64,000 nucleotides of DNA from a virus (taxonomy: Duplodnaviria > Caudoviricetes), in the IMG/VR virus record IMGVR_UViG_3300050509_000221, positions 1 through 64,000 of that record, one strand, 5' to 3'. Positions 62,138 to 64,000 of this stretch are shown here, in pieces. The notes under the pieces are model-generated. The model made no database searches. It saw only the letters and a program-made list of their open reading frames with translations, and had not been told where the DNA came from. Within the stretch, counting starts at the first letter, position 1, and every line of letters begins with the position of its first letter. A program made the position numbers and the translations under genes.

Positions 62138-62880
62138 CGGCGCTGCTCCCGGAGGGTGGCGGTGTGGCCGCGGTCGCGGACCGTCACGGTGTGGCCGTCG
62201 TCGTCGATCGTGGCGGTGTGGGTTCGATCTCGCAGTGTCGCGGTGTGACCGTTGCCGTCGAGGGTTGCGGTGTGGCCGCGGTCGCGGAGGGTGAGCGTGA
62301 TCGGGTTGGGGTCCGCGGTGGCGCCGAACGTGCCGTCCGCGTTGATGGTGCAGCCCGCGAGCAGCGCCGCGAGGGTGCCGACCACCGACGAACCCGACGC
62401 GGCACAGAGCGCATCCGCGAGGGTCGCAGCGAGGCTTCCCGCCGCGCCCACCCCACCAGACACGGAGCCCGTTGCGTCATCGAGCGTGGCGGCGCAGGAC
62501 CCGGCGACACCATGCCCACCGGAGGCCGCGCCTGTGCAGTCCGAGAGGGTTGAGCCGAGAGCCCCGGTGACCGACGACCCGGAAGCTGCGCCGGTCGCGT
62601 CGTCGAGCGTGACGGCCAGGGTCCCAGCAGGGCCGGTGCCACCTGTCGCGGTGGAAGTCGCGTCGGCCAACGTCTGCGCGAGGGACCCGGACGGGCCATG
62701 CCCACCGGACGCGACGACGGTCGCTCCGGCGAGGGTCTGAGCAACCGTGCCGGTGACGCTCGAACCTGAGGCCGCGCACGTCGCGTCCGCCAGTGTGACC
62801 GCGACGGTGCCGGTGACGGTCGTTCCTTCGGAGTGGGTTTGGCCTGGCGCAACCCATCCGAACGCGTCGCCACCGAACAT
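62134..62880 (-). CDS. Repeat-built fibre-like protein
   Basis: Eight 20-21-aa repeats plus five 9-aa TLxDxGHTA repeats. Confidence 0.7.
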   Translation of the reverse strand: MFGGDAFGWVAPGQTHSEGTTVTGTVAVTLADATCAASGSSVTGTVAQTLAGATVVASGGHGPSGSLAQTLADATSTATGGTGPAGTLAVTLDDATGAASGSSVTGALGSTLSDCTGAASGGHGVAGSCAATLDDATGSVSGGVGAAGSLAATLADALCAASGSSVVGTLAALLAGCTINADGTFGATADPNPITLTLRDRGHTATLDGNGHTATLRDRTHTATIDDDGHTVTVRDRGHTATLREQRR

Positions 62881-62883
62881 GCG

Positions 62884-63210
62884 TCAGGACCCGTTTCGTC
62901 CGGATGCCTCGATCAGATCGGCCATGCCGTCGAAGAACGTCCCGAGCCGGTTCACGACGACTTGAAGCGTCGCTACCGCGTTTCCCGCGGTGACGGTGGT
63001 ACCTCGCGCGTCGCTCGCCCACTGACGCAACGTCGGCACGGAGGCTTTGATCCTAGCGTCGCGGAGGGCGGCGAGTCCGGCGTTGGAGCCGACTTTGGGG
63101 CGATGTTCGACGGTGCCGCCATTCGCGGTGCGAGTCGCCCACGTCTCATGGTCGGCGGTCTCGGAGACCTTGGTCGGCGTGTTGAGAGGCAGGCCGTCGT
63201 ACTCCGCCAT
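62884..63210 (-). CDS. Hypothetical protein
   Basis: RBS GGAGG. Confidence 0.6.
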   Translation of the reverse strand: MAEYDGLPLNTPTKVSETADHETWATRTANGGTVEHRPKVGSNAGLAALRDARIKASVPTLRQWASDARGTTVTAGNAVATLQVVVNRLGTFFDGMADLIEASGRNGS

Positions 63211-63211
63211 A

Positions 63212-64000
63212 TCACGACACCTCCGCGTACACGATGCGGGTCGAGTTGGCGAACGTGAACGGGTTGGGACACGACGCCGGATTCGTCAGGCTGGTGTCGG
63301 CACTGCCCCCAACCTTCGGGTTCTGACCTCCCGCGTTGCCGAACAACACCAGACCTTCCAACGTTGGGACCGTCGTGGCTTTCACCATGATCCCCACGTA
63401 GTACAACCCTGCGTACGTCGTGACGAACGTCGACGACAAGTTGAGGGTCTTGGCCGAGTTCGCCGCCCACGCCGTTGACGTGTCATCTGCGGTGACTCGC
63501 AACATCGCGCCTGCGGAGTCGAACAGGGCGAACCACTGATTCGTGCCGACGCTGAGCGCGGTGGTCGCGGAACGGAACGTGATCGACGTGCAGGTCAAGC
63601 CCTTCGGCAAGAAGATCCGGTAGACGCTGAGCCGCCCGGTGGAGAGCTCCGCGGCGTTCGCTCCAGCGAACAGACCGCGGTCGTAGGTGGAGGCGATGGA
63701 ACCCGTCGTGCCGCGTGTCGCGGCTTCGCCCGTGAGATAGCTCTCGATGTCGGTGAGGGTCTTCGCGGTGATCGTCGCTGCGATCTGATCCCCAACGACG
63801 ACGGTGCGTGCGCTCGTCGATTCCTGTGTGCGGGTGATCGTGAGGGTGTCGGTGGAGATGTTCGTGACCCGGACGATCTCCGCGTTCGCGGGGGTTGGGA
63901 TCGTGCCGGTCGGCCAGATCGTCGCGTTGAACGGCACCGCCGGGAACCGGGCACCTTCACCGGATGCGACGACGAGTGACGTCCCCGACGTCGCGGGGGA
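63212..64000 (-). CDS. Tail fibre / minor structural protein (5' end outside window)
   Basis: Frame open to the window edge; EIVRVT...LTITRTQE...TAKTL domain. Confidence 0.7.
   Translation of the reverse strand, partial: SPATSGTSLVVASGEGARFPAVPFNATIWPTGTIPTPANAEIVRVTNISTDTLTITRTQESTSARTVVVGDQIAATITAKTLTDIESYLTGEAATRGTTGSIASTYDRGLFAGANAAELSTGRLSVYRIFLPKGLTCTSITFRSATTALSVGTNQWFALFDSAGAMLRVTADDTSTAWAANSAKTLNLSSTFVTTYAGLYYVGIMVKATTVPTLEGLVLFGNAGGQNPKVGGSADTSLTNPASCPNPFTFANSTRIVYAEVS

Larger units (their letters stand above)
46824..64000 (-). mobile_element. Second temperate phage genome B (partial, continues right of window)
   Basis: Own integrase, repressor, xis, RecT/YqaJ and tail-type genes; no phage A operator found; paralogs of phage A early genes. 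Confidence 0.8.

Overview
High-GC (roughly 68-70% by eye) actinobacterial temperate siphovirus DNA with no host housekeeping genes. WhiB factors, an Rpf-like domain and leaderless promoters point to Actinomycetota. Nearly all genes are on the minus strand. The window is best read as two related but distinct phage genomes side by side. Phage A (1 to about 46.75 kb) runs, in gene order: small genes/WhiB, terminase (large subunit with a LAGLIDADG intein), portal, head-fibre-like proteins, a MuF-like protein with an internal 2H phosphoesterase, a BCS1-type AAA ATPase, a five-gene glycosyltransferase/methyltransferase block, an atypical initiator-like tRNA-Met, two capsid-type proteins, tail (with a -1 frameshift chaperone), lysis genes, an intact attP (3' half of tRNA-Gly(CCC) with arm sites on both sides), integrase, repressor/xis and early genes (Gam-like, AAA_24, initiator, beta-clamp-like). 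Phage B (about 46.8-64 kb) contributes the end of a structural operon, a short arm-less integrase with a repressor ending in -AA, xis/Cro, YqaJ/RecT, WhiB, HNH, a pentapeptide protein, an Rpf-like transglycosylase and two DNA methyltransferases. Most notable: (i) a 14-bp TCTA-N6-TAGA operator found 8 times, only in phage A, three copies overlapping the -10 of near-consensus promoters and two directly upstream of a small HTH gene; (ii) a probable virion-glycosylation module including a GT47+GT-A fusion reminiscent of exostosins; (iii) the MuF-2H phosphoesterase fusion; (iv) a possible integration-dependent switch in phage B with a candidate att core inside the repressor gene; (v) a hairpin-bounded gene cassette shared by both phages. 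Product calls come from motif recognition by eye, not database searches.
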